Source of the DNA: a virus
Lineage: Duplodnaviria; Heunggongvirae; Uroviricota; Caudoviricetes
Virus record (IMG/VR): IMGVR_UViG_2663762946_000001
DNA length: 64,000 bases
Reading direction: 5' to 3' (one strand)
A program made the translations under genes and the position numbers. A model generated the notes under the pieces. The model was given only the letters and a program-made list of their open reading frames with translations, searched no databases and was not told the origin of the DNA. Below, piece by piece: positions 27,839 through 36,836 of this stretch. Numbering within the stretch: the stretch's first letter is position 1; every line of letters begins with the position of its first letter.

Positions 27839-28750
27839 ATCTGCTTCTAGTTTATTTTTGATTTCTTTAAAGAGCTTTTTCTCTTCCTCTGACATATTCT
27901 TTCTTTCTTTTGATATATCTTTCTCACTTGACATATAAGTGTCGAGAACTTTGGTGAGATCTTCAAGTTTTTTCTTATTTTCTTCAGATATTTTTTCGAG
28001 AACACTTCTACGTAAATAATAATTTGTCTTGAGAGAATAGGCACTTATATTAATACCCCTTAATATCATAAGGATATAAGTCATGGGAATTTTATTATTT
28101 ATATTCTCACTTATAATATATAGTAGTAAAACAATCGATACAATAAATAAAAAGATAGACAAAAATAACATAGTGTTCAATACTGAATCTTTTCCTAATT
28201 TATCAATAAAAGAATATATCATTTTACCTATAAGAGTAGTAATACCTAATGGACTTGCTAAAGAGAGAACTTTTCCTGCGTTTGAATTTTTGGGGTGAGA
28301 AATTGCTACGATCTCATTGATGAGCGGTTTTATAACTTTAACATTATAATCTTCGTCCCGTAGTTTATCTATAACAACTTTTTGATTGTATCTATCGATG
28401 TAACGAAGTAAATTCTGATTATTGTTATTTATAGAATATTTTTTTGATTTCCGTTGTTCCATGATAAATAGTGTAATAAATATAAAACTAATGATATAAA
28501 CGATTGATTTACCAATATTATTGTTTGTTATGATTGGAGTGAATAATAATAATAAACACGTACAAATTACCACATTGTATATAGCTGTCTTTTGCTCCGA
28601 CTTTAATTTTTTCTCATTGTACCAACGTGATCTTCCTAGAAAATTAGCTTTAATATATTCTATAAACTCACTTAAATTAACGCTCATCATCAATTTTTTC
28701 ACTCCTTTAAATATGTCTTTCATACCCAATAAAGAAAGCCGTTCTTTCAA
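27821..28750 (-). CDS. hypothetical multi-pass membrane protein
   Basis: A 309-aa protein with several hydrophobic helices and a charged Lys/Glu C-terminal tail. The start may be the internal Met (MKDIFKG). Confidence 0.4.
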   Translation of the reverse strand: MKERLSLLGMKDIFKGVKKLMMSVNLSEFIEYIKANFLGRSRWYNEKKLKSEQKTAIYNVVICTCLLLLFTPIITNNNIGKSIVYIISFIFITLFIMEQRKSKKYSINNNNQNLLRYIDRYNQKVVIDKLRDEDYNVKVIKPLINEIVAISHPKNSNAGKVLSLASPLGITTLIGKMIYSFIDKLGKDSVLNTMLFLSIFLFIVSIVLLLYIISENINNKIPMTYILMILRGINISAYSLKTNYYLRRSVLEKISEENKKKLEDLTKVLDTYMSSEKDISKERKNMSEEEKKLFKEIKNKLEADNKKDL

Positions 28751-28988
28751 CTTTGGCGAGTTTGCGAACGGCTTTCTTTATGTTTTTGTAGTTTTCTAAC
28801 TTGGTCACCGTCTAAACGGTTTTGCGCGGAAAGCGTGTTCCCGCACGCATGTATTCCACAATGTAATAATAACCTATTTGTATAAATTTGTAAATAATTT
28901 TACTATCTTAATCTGAAGAGGTATCAAATTAAAATTTCAATACTAATATTTGGTGAGGGGTTAATAAAAATATTTATTGGAATTAATT

Positions 28989-29699
28989 TTAGAACAATTT
29001 GAAATTATAGTTCTTAACTATTTTAGTTTCAATCGTTTTTTTCTCTGTCATTTGTTCTTTTCGAATATTATCTAATTTAATATTTTTAAGAATATTTAAT
29101 GCGTAAGCATAAATATAAGGTTCGTTCCTTTTCTTATTGAAGCTATGCACTATAAGAGAACTAATTAGTCCAATAATCCAAATTCCAATCGGTAGAATTT
29201 TGGGGTGAGTTAGAAATTGTGTAAATATTGAACTAAAACCAAAAAAAGATCCAACAGCAAAAATGTTCCTCATACTTGGTTTCATTTTATCGTTCATTTC
29301 AGTTAGGTCATTAATCAAGAAATCAATGCTTACATTATCTGTATATCCCATGGATTTTAGTTCCGTCTTTATTTTAGGTAAGAGGGGTTCTGAATATTTT
29401 TCAACAGTATCAATAGCAATCTTCCGCTCACGTTTATCGCAATCAATTTCTAGTAAAGCCGTACATATTCCAACTATGATCAATATCATACAGGCCACCA
29501 TTCTAATTATTAGAGGTTCATTACGCAATGCAATAGCTGCAAACGGAATAACACAGTATAAAGTAATACATATCCTTGAAACTATTTTTCTTTTATTGTT
29601 GATAGCCGTTATTGTCTTAATATAATCCTCATGTTTTCCATCTTCTTTTTTTACTATTTCCAAAAATCTCAATACATCTTTATGATACATATACATCAC
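28989..29699 (-). CDS. hypothetical multi-pass membrane protein
   Basis: A 236-aa protein with at least four hydrophobic helices. Confidence 0.4.
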   Translation of the reverse strand: MMYMYHKDVLRFLEIVKKEDGKHEDYIKTITAINNKRKIVSRICITLYCVIPFAAIALRNEPLIIRMVACMILIIVGICTALLEIDCDKRERKIAIDTVEKYSEPLLPKIKTELKSMGYTDNVSIDFLINDLTEMNDKMKPSMRNIFAVGSFFGFSSIFTQFLTHPKILPIGIWIIGLISSLIVHSFNKKRNEPYIYAYALNILKNIKLDNIRKEQMTEKKTIETKIVKNYNFKLF

Positions 29700-29878
29700 A
29701 ACCTTTTATTTATGTTTATAAATCGCATAAGAAATTAGTATTTTACTACTTTCGATAATATATCTTATGTAAACTAGAAAAATAAAAAGAACCTATTGAT
29801 AACCTAAAATAGATTCCTTTGTAATTACCTATGCTGAGAAACGTATTCTAAGCATAGGTTTATAATTTACATGATAAA

Positions 29879-30505
29879 TTATATGTTCTTGCGTTCCTCA
29901 CCGCCATATACAGCACCATGAGACTGAGCAATGGTAGTAAACTGAGATAACCAATCTTTGATTCTTTGATATTCAAGTGTTCTTGTGTCAATAGGATGGT
30001 TTACAAGTTTTATAGACATTTCAGGAACAAGACGGACTTGACCATTTATATAGCAATTTATATTTAAAGTAGTTAGGTTACTGCTTTGCGTACCACGCCC
30101 CGCACCACCAACGATTGCTCCAGTTGTACCGAAGAGTAGTCCACCCACAAGGGCTTTTTTGAAACTACCGCCACCTTTGACAATATCCTCATATCTTTCA
30201 TCTACCCTAAACAATAATGATGTGCAAGGAATAAAAGACCATTGATTTGCAGTTAGTCCACTTTTTGCTTGATCCATGAATACACCGCTATCCTCAGCAT
30301 CATCATCATTAACATACAAGTGATATCTGCCATTTGACATTTTTTGGTATAACTCGACTCTCCTTTGTAAAAATGCTAACTTTTCTTCTAGACTTAATTC
30401 TGACATAATAGCTCCCCCAATTAATAAACATAATACAATTTTTATATTATTAATTATATTATCTTTGGTGTGAAAAAACAACAAAAAATATGACATTTCT
30501 ATCAT
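29879..30505 (-). CDS. hypothetical protein with a C-terminal glycine-zipper segment
   Basis: GGGSFKKALVGGLLFGTTGAIVGGAGRG is a GxxxG-type glycine zipper. The likely true start is MSELSLEEK at about 30403. Confidence 0.35.
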   Translation of the reverse strand: MIEMSYFLLFFHTKDNIINNIKIVLCLLIGGAIMSELSLEEKLAFLQRRVELYQKMSNGRYHLYVNDDDAEDSGVFMDQAKSGLTANQWSFIPCTSLLFRVDERYEDIVKGGGSFKKALVGGLLFGTTGAIVGGAGRGTQSSNLTTLNINCYINGQVRLVPEMSIKLVNHPIDTRTLEYQRIKDWLSQFTTIAQSHGAVYGGEERKNI

Positions 30506-30515
30506 ATTTTTTGCC

Positions 30516-31157
30516 TTATCTAATAGTATTTAATTTTTGTTCTATTAACTCCAATACCTTTTTTGCATCTTCAGGGTTTTCAACAAAATCATATTTATCG
30601 CCATCAATTTGAATTTTAGGACAAATATCGAAATCTTCATACCATTTATCATATCGCTTGTTTAATTCTTGGTAGTAGTTAAATAAGCTTGGATCAGTAT
30701 CTAGTTGCTCAAATTCACGACCACGTTTATTAATCCGCTCAAGCATCTTATCGAATGATACTTTAATATGAATCAGCAAGTCGGGTGCAGTCTTGATATC
30801 TGATTTGCTTATACGTTCCAACATATTACTTAATAAATCATCATAGACCTCAACTTCTTTTTGATTAGCTCTTCCTAAGTCAGCATTTAAATGAAATAGC
30901 AAACTATCTTCATAAATTGAACGATCTAGAATGTTATTATCATCTGCTAATGCTTCCTTAATTGAGGCGAAACGCTTATTCAAAAAATATATTTGCAGCA
31001 AGAAAGCGTACTTTTCTGGATCTGAGTAGAATAGAGGTAGTACATCATTATCCTCAACACTCTCATATAATGCTTTTGTCCCCAATTTATTAGCTAACAT
31101 TTCAGTTAGACTTGATTTTCCTGCACCAATAGTTCCACTTAATACAATCACGCTCAT
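30516..31157 (-). CDS. deoxynucleoside kinase (dAK/dGK family)
   Basis: VIVLSGTIGAGKSSLTEMLANKLG P-loop, the DRSIYED motif and an LxxRIxKRGRxxE lid match the dNK family. Confidence 0.7.
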   Translation of the reverse strand: MSVIVLSGTIGAGKSSLTEMLANKLGTKALYESVEDNDVLPLFYSDPEKYAFLLQIYFLNKRFASIKEALADDNNILDRSIYEDSLLFHLNADLGRANQKEVEVYDDLLSNMLERISKSDIKTAPDLLIHIKVSFDKMLERINKRGREFEQLDTDPSLFNYYQELNKRYDKWYEDFDICPKIQIDGDKYDFVENPEDAKKVLELIEQKLNTIR

Positions 31158-31391
31158 TTCAGCTCCCCTTTATTAATTTTTTCAAAAATAAAACACAATG
31201 CCCAGCCTTTGTCTTGCTGGTGTCATTGTGTGAGAATTTGCATATATTATCACCCCTTATTGTTGTATTTGTTGATTGAAGTATAGTAAAAACACGAGAC
31301 AAAATTCGTATTTTTATTTTCCATAATCTTAGTATGGAATAAGAATGAGGGAAAAGTTGCATTTCCCTTCAATGGCTCGCCCATTTTCATC

Positions 31392-31586
31392 CTAATCTTT
31401 CTTAGATTCAATCTTTACCTTCTTACCATTCACATTAATTTGTGTAATATTTCCATTACGATCAGTAACATTAACTTGCGTATCATCTTTACCTTTTTTC
31501 AAATATTGTTTAATTAAGATATAAGCGATTGCCAAAAGAATAATAATAATCAATAACAAAAGTATTTTAGTTACAAAGAAAGCCAT
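31392..31586 (-). CDS. small membrane protein
   Basis: A 64-aa ORF with an N-terminal transmembrane helix, translationally close to the SPFH gene. Confidence 0.35.
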   Translation of the reverse strand: MAFFVTKILLLLIIIILLAIAYILIKQYLKKGKDDTQVNVTDRNGNITQINVNGKKVKIESKKD

Positions 31587-31595
31587 AATTTACAC

Positions 31596-32399
31596 CTACT
31601 TTGTTTGATCAGTAATAACAGAACCATTACCCTGAGTAGTAACCCAGCCATGTTTCAATCTAGCTTGTGCTTCCATGTATTGAATAGTCTTATCAGTGAC
31701 AGAATTGTTGATTTTTTCATTTGCCTGAGCTGTAGCATCTGCTCTTGTTAACTTAGCTTTAGCTGCGGCCTCGGCTTTAATTTGCTTAGATTTTGCTTCA
31801 AGTTCAGCTCTCTTATTATCTTGTCCAGCTTTGATTAAATCATCGATTGACTTTTGTGTCTGTGCGTCCACACTAGGCACACCGAATGACAAATCTTCAA
31901 TGATAAAACCTTGTTTTTCAACTGATTTTTGGAATGTGGTTAGAATACCACCTTGAACTTTAGCAGAAGAAGAACCCATTACATCTAATAATGTGTATTC
32001 AGACATTGTATCTCGGCCAGCTTTTTGTAACTTTTGAGATAACCAACCTTTTTCAATACTTAGGATATCTGCTGATCCAAATTTCTTATAAACATTGACT
32101 GCCTTAGTAGCATCTACATGATAAGCGTATGAAATCTTTACAACAGTTTTCTTCCCATCTTTAGTTGCTAAACCTACTTCTTGATGAACTGTTTGTGTTC
32201 TGATTGGATATTGTGTAACATAATCGAGTCCTACAAAATGAACACCTTGTCCAAGAGCTTTATCTTTCACTCCTCCATTCATAGAATAACGAATACCCAC
32301 ATTCCCATTATCAATTCTTTCAGTAAACCTGATTAAACCGATAATTAATGCTACCAAGATAATAAGACCCGAAACCAAACCAAACATTGCTTTTTTCAA
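31596..32399 (-). CDS. SPFH/band-7 (prohibitin-like) domain membrane protein
   Basis: An N-terminal transmembrane anchor, then NVGIRYSMNGGV...GVHFVGLDYVTQYPIRTQTV... and a coiled-coil Ala/Lys-rich C-terminal region. This is the typical SPFH architecture. Confidence 0.6.
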   Translation of the reverse strand: MKKAMFGLVSGLIILVALIIGLIRFTERIDNGNVGIRYSMNGGVKDKALGQGVHFVGLDYVTQYPIRTQTVHQEVGLATKDGKKTVVKISYAYHVDATKAVNVYKKFGSADILSIEKGWLSQKLQKAGRDTMSEYTLLDVMGSSSAKVQGGILTTFQKSVEKQGFIIEDLSFGVPSVDAQTQKSIDDLIKAGQDNKRAELEAKSKQIKAEAAAKAKLTRADATAQANEKINNSVTDKTIQYMEAQARLKHGWVTTQGNGSVITDQTK

Positions 32400-32608
32400 A
32401 AACTATTCCCCCTAATATATTTTTCCCATCAACGACACTATATGTCATTAATGAATACCTGGTAACAGAATCGAACTGCTGTTTTGGATTATTAGACCAA
32501 TGTTTTGCCATTAAACTAACCAGGTACATGAGTTGTTGGAACTCACAAATGTTAGTACAAACTTACATTAATTACCAAAAAATACTCCATGAATTTTATT
32601 TTTGATAA

Positions 32609-32681
32609 CAGTCATGATCGGATTTGAACCGATAACCTACTGATTAGAAGTCAGTTGCTCTATCCAATTGAGCTACACAAC
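32609..32681 (-). tRNA. tRNA-Arg (anticodon UCU)
   Basis: Read on the minus strand, a 7-bp acceptor stem AGTTGTG/CATGACT (2 G-U pairs), D-arm GCTC-AATTGGAT-AGAGC, anticodon arm ACTGA-CTTCTAA-TCAGT, T-arm ATCGG-TTCAAAT-CCGAT. No CCA is encoded. Confidence 0.7.
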
Positions 32682-32949
32682 TATGTCAGCAGACAAACAA
32701 GAATAATTCTGCGACAAACACTATCATCATTGAATTTTGATATTACCATCTCACTCCGATAGTTATTTTTATTGTTAATACAGGGTAATCTGCTAACACT
32801 TGAAATAAAAGGAATAATGACTTTAAGCTTACAATTATTACTAAATTGGGTTTCTCCTATAAATAGGATCAGGGTCACTTGTTTTCATTAAATTACATAT
32901 CAACTACTATTGACTATCCTTTTTCGTTAATACAACCAAATTGAATTTA

Positions 32950-33294
32950 TTAAACAACATAAAATTTACTCTTCTTTTCACCAAGTACTTCTAATGAAAT
33001 ATTTTTTGGAACAACATGAACACACCAATCCGAATAAATGCAGTATTTACCAGAATAAAATTGTTTGAGATAATCTCTTATACGGGAATCTAATTTTACT
33101 TGCATTATGTTTATTTGGTTGCCAGGATATTCATCATTATAATCATCGGCAATCAAGTAGATCAGATGCTTATGTGACGGCATATCTTTTAAAAAATTAT
33201 TAAATTCATATTCCACAACATCATCCATAACTATATTCCCTTCTTCCTCATGTTTATGCCGCCCCTTGGGATTCGAACCTAAGTTACTCTGCAT
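32950..33294 (-). CDS. hypothetical protein
   Basis: A 114-aa ORF. Its 5' end overlaps a T-loop-like sequence (GGTTCGAATCC, 33268-33290), so the N-terminus is uncertain. Confidence 0.3.
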   Translation of the reverse strand: MQSNLGSNPKGRHKHEEEGNIVMDDVVEYEFNNFLKDMPSHKHLIYLIADDYNDEYPGNQINIMQVKLDSRIRDYLKQFYSGKYCIYSDWCVHVVPKNISLEVLGEKKSKFYVV

Positions 33295-33737
33295 GGTTTT
33301 GCAGAAATGTTTCCTATATTACCGTGTCCATGGTCTAACGGATAACTCATACAGTTATCGGATACGCGATTACTACATCAGTACGGCTTTGCGAGATATA
33401 TTTTATATGCGGTAGTCTCGATTTACCTACAGCCAATTGCTGCCATACGGATTATTTCCGTCTACGCCACTGGACTTTGTAATATTGAGTGACTTTCAGC
33501 TCACTTGTGTCCTCAAAGTTTATATAAGGTACTTTTTTAATGCGAAGTACCAAACAGCAATGTGAATAGAAGGTAACGCTCCTCCCAACATACACTAGTA
33601 ATATGCTCTTTCTGATATATTCACTGCCAATCGCCAGAAAAAGGTACGGAAATTTAACAAAACCAAGCGACCTTAAAGATTTAGTATTCTTTGTTTTCTT
33701 TAGACGATACAGCGACAAATACTCTCACTTCGTCTCC

Positions 33738-33866
33738 CAATTATGCAAGTGGTATGGATTCGCACCATACATAACCATTAACCCTTCTTACACATTTACT
33801 TGCTCTTTAATGGTCTATCTCTCTAAAGACAGGCTTGGAGCTTACTAGCGTCTACCTATTCCGCCA
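33738..33866 (-). ncRNA. aberrant tRNA-like element, about 129 nt, with a tRNA-Leu-like D-arm and an insertion
   Basis: The 5' end GCAAGTG-TG-GCG-GAATAGGTAGA-CGC resembles the tRNA-Leu D-arm. The 3' end is GTATGG-TGCGAAT-CCATAC (6-bp T-stem) followed by CACTTGC-A, which pairs perfectly with the 5' acceptor. About 77 nt lie between the D- and T-arms, including a 7-bp hairpin CCATTAA...TTAATGG. Confidence 0.3.
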
Positions 33867-33883
33867 CACTTGCACATTTATTC

Positions 33884-34099
33884 TCATAAAATGTTCGTTT
33901 GTGTAATTATAGAGTTCATGTTTGAGATGTTAATGAGATTAGCGGTATTTAAAATATTTAAGGTATCGCCATCAATCTCATTTTGTTTACTACTGTCATC
34001 AACAATGAGGTAAGCTATAATGGACACAACAACTACTACTATTATTATTGTTGTTGTAATACCAAGGCCACTACTTAAGAAATTCATCACTTTGTTCAT
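33884..34099 (-). CDS. small membrane protein
   Basis: A 71-aa ORF with one transmembrane helix (TTIIVVVVVSIIAYLIV). Confidence 0.35.
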   Translation of the reverse strand: MNKVMNFLSSGLGITTTIIIVVVVVSIIAYLIVDDSSKQNEIDGDTLNILNTANLINISNMNSIITQTNIL

Positions 34100-34110
34100 A
34101 CCATATCACC

Positions 34111-34335
34111 TTATTTCTTCTTAAGTTTTGGAACTACTCTCGGAACAGTATAAACATGTTCGCCAGATGAATCTTGAACTGTAATTTCAGCAGTCTTTCC
34201 ATGAGAATTCACAGAAACTACTTTCATTTTATCTTTTGCTAGATATGATGCTCTTGTCATTTTTTTATCACCGCCTCGATGAATAAATAAACTATAACGA
34301 TAAATATGATAGTAGCTGCTAATCCACTTATCCAA
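34111..34335 (-). CDS. hypothetical small basic protein
   Basis: The likely start is the internal Met (MTRASYLAKDKMKVV...). Confidence 0.3.
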   Translation of the reverse strand: MDKWISSYYHIYRYSLFIHRGGDKKMTRASYLAKDKMKVVSVNSHGKTAEITVQDSSGEHVYTVPRVVPKLKKK

Positions 34336-34469
34336 GGATGATCATTAAAGTTGAATCTACCTATGGTAAAAGTATTCCCTTTAAAGTAGGTGGATAACAA
34401 CAATGTTAGTAATATCGTAAAGTATCCTGTAAAAATTCCATATATAAAGCGTATCTTAATCACCACCCG

Positions 34470-34811
34470 TTATAAAATATTAAAGATTGTTGGACAATCA
34501 TCATGACCACTATGCCATCCATGCTTTTCCATTTTTGTATTTTCAATAGCTTCTTGAATTGTATCTGCTTCTTTATCAATCAAATACCCTTTATCATCCA
34601 GATCACTGTAGCCTAAACTAATTTTTCCCTCTGTAACAAAAACACTAAATTCAACTGTATCATCGAAATTTTGAAATGTATAAACTCCGTCTTCTAATGG
34701 GATTTCCTTTAAATCCCATTTATCTAAATTGAACCCCGATTCGATTAATTTATTCTTTACAAAATTTAAAACCTTTCTATCTACTTTTGTTAAGTTCACT
34801 ATAAATTCCAC
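34470..34811 (-). CDS. hypothetical protein
   Basis: A 113-aa ORF that appears to start at a GTG. A class-2 motif (34834-34847) and a GAGGTGG ribosome-binding site lie upstream. Confidence 0.4.
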   Translation of the reverse strand: MEFIVNLTKVDRKVLNFVKNKLIESGFNLDKWDLKEIPLEDGVYTFQNFDDTVEFSVFVTEGKISLGYSDLDDKGYLIDKEADTIQEAIENTKMEKHGWHSGHDDCPTIFNIL

Positions 34812-34854
34812 CTCTAAGTTTAATTTTTATGTCATTATGTTTATTTTAATAAAC

Positions 34855-34928
34855 AGATTGTACAGGAATCGAACCCGCGTTACAGTCTTTCTTAGAGACC
34901 ATTGTTCTACCAATTGAACTAATCAGGC
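34855..34928 (-). ncRNA. tRNA-like element, a possible pseudo-tRNA
   Basis: On the minus strand there is a D-arm GTTC-AATTGGTA-GAAC, a stem-loop GGTCT-CTAAGAA-AGACT, and a T-arm GCGGG-TTCGATT-CCTGT. The acceptor ends (GCCTGAT / ACAATCT) do not pair. Confidence 0.3.
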
Positions 34929-34946
34929 ACTATCATTAATTCTATA

Positions 34947-35717
34947 TTAGCTTGTTTTACGTGATTCGCCCCTCCATTTATACCCAAACGAGGTCTTTCG
35001 TCTATTTTTATTATTACTATCTGGAAAGGCTCTTTCTATATTGCTGGGATCAACATTCATATATCTAGCTGCTTCTGCAATTGATTCAAATTCCATTAGC
35101 ACATCTTCGTTTTTCTTATCTAACATATAAACCTTACGTTTTCTAGAATACTTACCACCAATTAATCTCATCTTATTTTTGAATTTATCTTTTTTTAATT
35201 CTGTTTGATAATCTTGTGCAAAAGAAGATATACCAAGAGTTCTACACCATTGCTTTACAGTGTTTCCTGTTACGTTATATTTTCTACCTAATTCTTCAAA
35301 ATTATAGTTTTCTAGAAGTAATAGTAATTTATGTTTATCAAGTTTATACTTATTTTCTATCCTTATCCGAGATTGTACATTAGAATATTTATCTTTATGC
35401 GAAACAAATTTATTATATCCATTTGGAATAAAACTATTATATTTTAACATATAGTAATTTTCTCTTTCATTAAGTTTATTTGTATCACATTCTTCTAATA
35501 TTATAAAATCAAAATTGGATACTCCAACATTTATCATATCTTGATATAAGTTCAAATGATGTCTTGGGTCAGAAGGCTTATTCAATGTTCTGATATGTTC
35601 ACTCCATCTGCTTTTAATATCTTTTGATTGTCCTATATAATACTTATTATTTAATAGGTTGACAATTGCATAAATACCTTGAGTCAAATTATCCCTTCTT
35701 TCACTGAAGTACGTCAT
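34947..35717 (-). CDS. free-standing GIY-YIG homing endonuclease
   Basis: The N-terminal GIYAIVN...KYYIGQSKDIKSRWSEH is the GIY-YIG signature, with a conserved Arg/Glu (ERENYYM). The C-terminus has HTH/NUMOD-like DNA-binding segments (KYNVTGNTVKQWCRTLGI, AEAARYMNVDPSNIERA). The ATG lies within a class-2 motif copy (35714-35727). Confidence 0.7.
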   Translation of the reverse strand: MTYFSERRDNLTQGIYAIVNLLNNKYYIGQSKDIKSRWSEHIRTLNKPSDPRHHLNLYQDMINVGVSNFDFIILEECDTNKLNERENYYMLKYNSFIPNGYNKFVSHKDKYSNVQSRIRIENKYKLDKHKLLLLLENYNFEELGRKYNVTGNTVKQWCRTLGISSFAQDYQTELKKDKFKNKMRLIGGKYSRKRKVYMLDKKNEDVLMEFESIAEAARYMNVDPSNIERAFPDSNNKNRRKTSFGYKWRGESRKTS

Positions 35718-35895
35718 TATGTTTACTTCTTAACAATTTTTAAAGAAGACTATTACTAATTAAAGTTATTACGATAACTTCTCGAATTCATATCATAAAG
35801 TGGCCTTGTCAATCTTTCCTGAATCACCCATAATTTATGTGTGTTTTCTTTGTTTTTGTCATCTCTATGTTCCTTCATGCTACCTCATGTATATT

Positions 35896-35938
35896 AGTAT
35901 ACATGCTTCTACTTTTTCTGTCAATATGTTTATTTAGA
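35896..35938 (-). promoter_or_regulatory. class-1 promoter AAATAAACATATTGACAG-N17-TATACT
   Basis: Read on the minus strand, TTGACA, a 17-nt spacer and TATACT, preceded by the conserved AAATAAACATA extension. It drives a small unannotated ORF (about 35883..35761, MKEHRDDKNKE...). Confidence 0.55.
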
Positions 35939-36148
35939 ATTATTCATAAGTCCAGTGGTTACACTACCATCTTTCAAATAAACAGCATCACTGTTATTAA
36001 TTTTGAAGTGATTCTGTATACCTGAAAGATAATCCCCAAAGCGACTATTATTAGTAATGATCTCTATTGCTTCTAGTTTTGCTTCTGAAGACAAGCCTTT
36101 AGATGCTAAAATACCATTAATAATTTCAATCTTTTCTTCTTTTTTCAT
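35930..36148 (-). CDS. hypothetical protein
   Basis: A 72-aa ORF after a GGAGG ribosome-binding site. Confidence 0.35.
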   Translation of the reverse strand: MKKEEKIEIINGILASKGLSSEAKLEAIEIITNNSRFGDYLSGIQNHFKINNSDAVYLKDGSVTTGLMNNSK

Positions 36149-36181
36149 AACTTCACCTCCTTCAATTTTTCTGAATCTCTC

Positions 36182-36547
36182 CTAAGTAATAATAGGTTTA
36201 TGTGTTGATATATAAACTCCTCTAATAACACTAACATTCCTGTAGAGATGATTAGATGCGTGTCCATTAGCATAGGTAGTAAGAGGGAAACCATGAGTCC
36301 TTCTAAATAAACTTTTACCGTTTTTTGTATTACATAAGGAATCCATTATTCTTGTACATAGTTGAGGGAAACGGATTTTTTTATAGTCCTCATCTGGATA
36401 TAGAATATCAATCAAGTCTATAAATGTGCTTACCATATCCATACCCAGGTCATTTATTTCATTGTCAATACAATAAATATATGTTTTTTTTCTGCAATGG
36501 TTAAATTCATAACTAAGTCTACTCCTTCCCAAATTCGACTTAATCAT
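36182..36547 (-). CDS. hypothetical protein
   Basis: A 121-aa ORF. Confidence 0.35.
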   Translation of the reverse strand: MIKSNLGRSRLSYEFNHCRKKTYIYCIDNEINDLGMDMVSTFIDLIDILYPDEDYKKIRFPQLCTRIMDSLCNTKNGKSLFRRTHGFPLTTYANGHASNHLYRNVSVIRGVYISTHKPIIT

Positions 36548-36776
36548 TTATTCGTTTGGCTGCAATGATCATTTTATTCATTAGCTCGAACTCTTCCCTA
36601 TCAATAAAAGCAATTTGATCATACATTTCTAAACCTGTATACGAAATCGTCATTAGTAAAGATAATGAATCTCTAAATTGAACTGAATTCCCATTTCTAT
36701 TAGCTATAAAAAAATAATCGTTACTTTTTTCACCTAATTCATTAAATTGTTCAATTAGAATATCTAAATCATCCAT
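36540..36776 (-). CDS. hypothetical protein
   Basis: A 78-aa ORF after a GGAGG ribosome-binding site. Confidence 0.35.
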   Translation of the reverse strand: MDDLDILIEQFNELGEKSNDYFFIANRNGNSVQFRDSLSLLMTISYTGLEMYDQIAFIDREEFELMNKMIIAAKRIND

Positions 36777-36836
36777 TATCTCGTTCCTCCATGAAACCTC
36801 ATTTGTAAAATCTTAGTTTTATCATTTTAATAATTA

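Noticed and set aside
33262-33300. A second canonical tRNA ending at 33262 (GGTTCGAATCC T-loop plus GGGGCGG acceptor-like 3' end).
   Set aside because: No complementary 5' acceptor strand (CCGCCCC or a wobble variant) exists within 150 nt. The adjacent stem-loop has a non-canonical 6- or 8-nt loop. It was treated as a tRNA fragment or pseudo-element only.
33452-33848. ORFs 33452..33718 (minus) and 33603..33848 (plus) in the tRNA-like region.
   Set aside because: They overlap the tRNA-like element and the T-loop fragments. They lack a ribosome-binding site and have odd composition (Cys and Arg-rich). They are more likely spurious frames through structured RNA.
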